DNA of 62,188 nt, filler included, from Sphacelaria rigidula (lineage: Eukaryota), in NCBI GenBank assembly GCA_964200075.2. It is 9 parts of 9 records of this genome, joined end to end, with 100 filler letters (N's around TTAATTAATTAA, not from the genome) between each part and the next. Parts side by side here need not be neighbours in the genome. Positions count along the whole stretch, not along the records: positions 55,369 to 62,188 come from CAXNAA020017921.1; 8 more parts are not named here. One strand, given 5' to 3'. Below, piece after piece: positions 61,406-62,188 of this stretch (the stretch's first letter is position 1; each line of letters starts with the position of its first letter). Made by a program: the position numbers and the translations under genes. Under the pieces are notes generated by a model. The model worked only from the letters and a program-made list of their open reading frames with translations. It did no database searches and was not told the DNA's origin.

Positions 61406-62188
61406 GGATTTTTTAGCAACATGAAGCCACTGTGTCATGCATATGCAGGACACGTCATGAGGGCTCTTTACCAGATGATCGCAAAAAACTGTTGACACGA
61501 ATAGTGAGGTGCCGACAACAGACGTCGGCGTGCTTATTCAACCATATGATTGTGAAACTATTGGTTGACCGTCTTTTCGGATCTTGTGATCGATGCTGTT
61601 GGCAACAGGCTGATTATTGTGCAGGCACGACGGTACCACGATGGGGAGTCCATTGAGTCGGTTCAGAACCAAAACGAAGATAAACTATAGCGACGACTTT
61701 GATAGTGCAGTACACCGCACCGTGGCAGGCTCCCTGCATTCGCCAGTGCGGCTCCGCCTATGCTGCTCTGCTTGGTATGTCTTGCACACGCACAAAACGC
61801 CATGCATACGCACCAGGTTTTTTACCGCGACCATGAAGCAAACGCAGTTTGAAAACACCACTCAGGCCGTACATGATTTGGGACGTGAGATACCACCCTG
61901 GTAACGGTCAGCGAATTAGGAATGTGCAGCGAGATGCAAATGTAAATTTCTCTCGACGCGGGACCCATATGTTGGCAGTCGCACCCTAGACGTCGATGCA
62001 CTGACGCAATTTGAAGCATATGTCCGCACGGTCGATTGACTAGTAATGCACAGTACAGTACCGCTACAACAGCCGTACGCAAGCACCTATCACCTTCACA
62101 TCACCCCTTTTGTTGAGGACCGACGCCCGGATGGGTAGGGTGACTCGTGTACAGAGTCGAGCTAGGGGACATTGTAGGAGGTTTGGTC

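Overview
This is eukaryotic genomic DNA, most likely from a brown alga (inferred from ~50% GC, short exons with long repeat-filled GT-AG introns, TTAGGG-type repeats, and gene content). It is not one locus. Nine unlinked contigs (eight of 6821 bp, the last 6820 bp) are joined by identical 100-nt linkers (N44-TTAATTAATTAA-N44), so adjacency across linkers is meaningless. Recognisable coding sequence: the 3' five exons of a ubiquilin/Dsk2 gene; one exon of a branched-chain aminotransferase; three exons of a ZZ-like Cys-rich protein; five exons of a bacterial-type glucose/sorbosone (PQQ sugar) dehydrogenase with a PKD domain; and a decayed Ty3/Gypsy pol with a chromodomain-like integrase tail. 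Two further spliced minus-strand genes have no recognisable product. The rest is mostly non-autonomous mobile elements. The most striking is a ~217-bp TG...CA element with 37-bp terminal inverted repeats (TIRs), internal (CCCTAA)n telomeric repeats and a ~5-bp target-site duplication (TSD). It occurs six times in the introns of one gene, has one reading frame open end to end, and element plus TSD is a multiple of 3. Also notable: three unrelated TIR families sharing RACA...TGTY ends and 4-bp TSDs, and a poly(C)-flanked short repeat with a covarying stem-loop. No rRNA, intact tRNA or CRISPR array is supported. All homology calls were made by eye; no searches were run.
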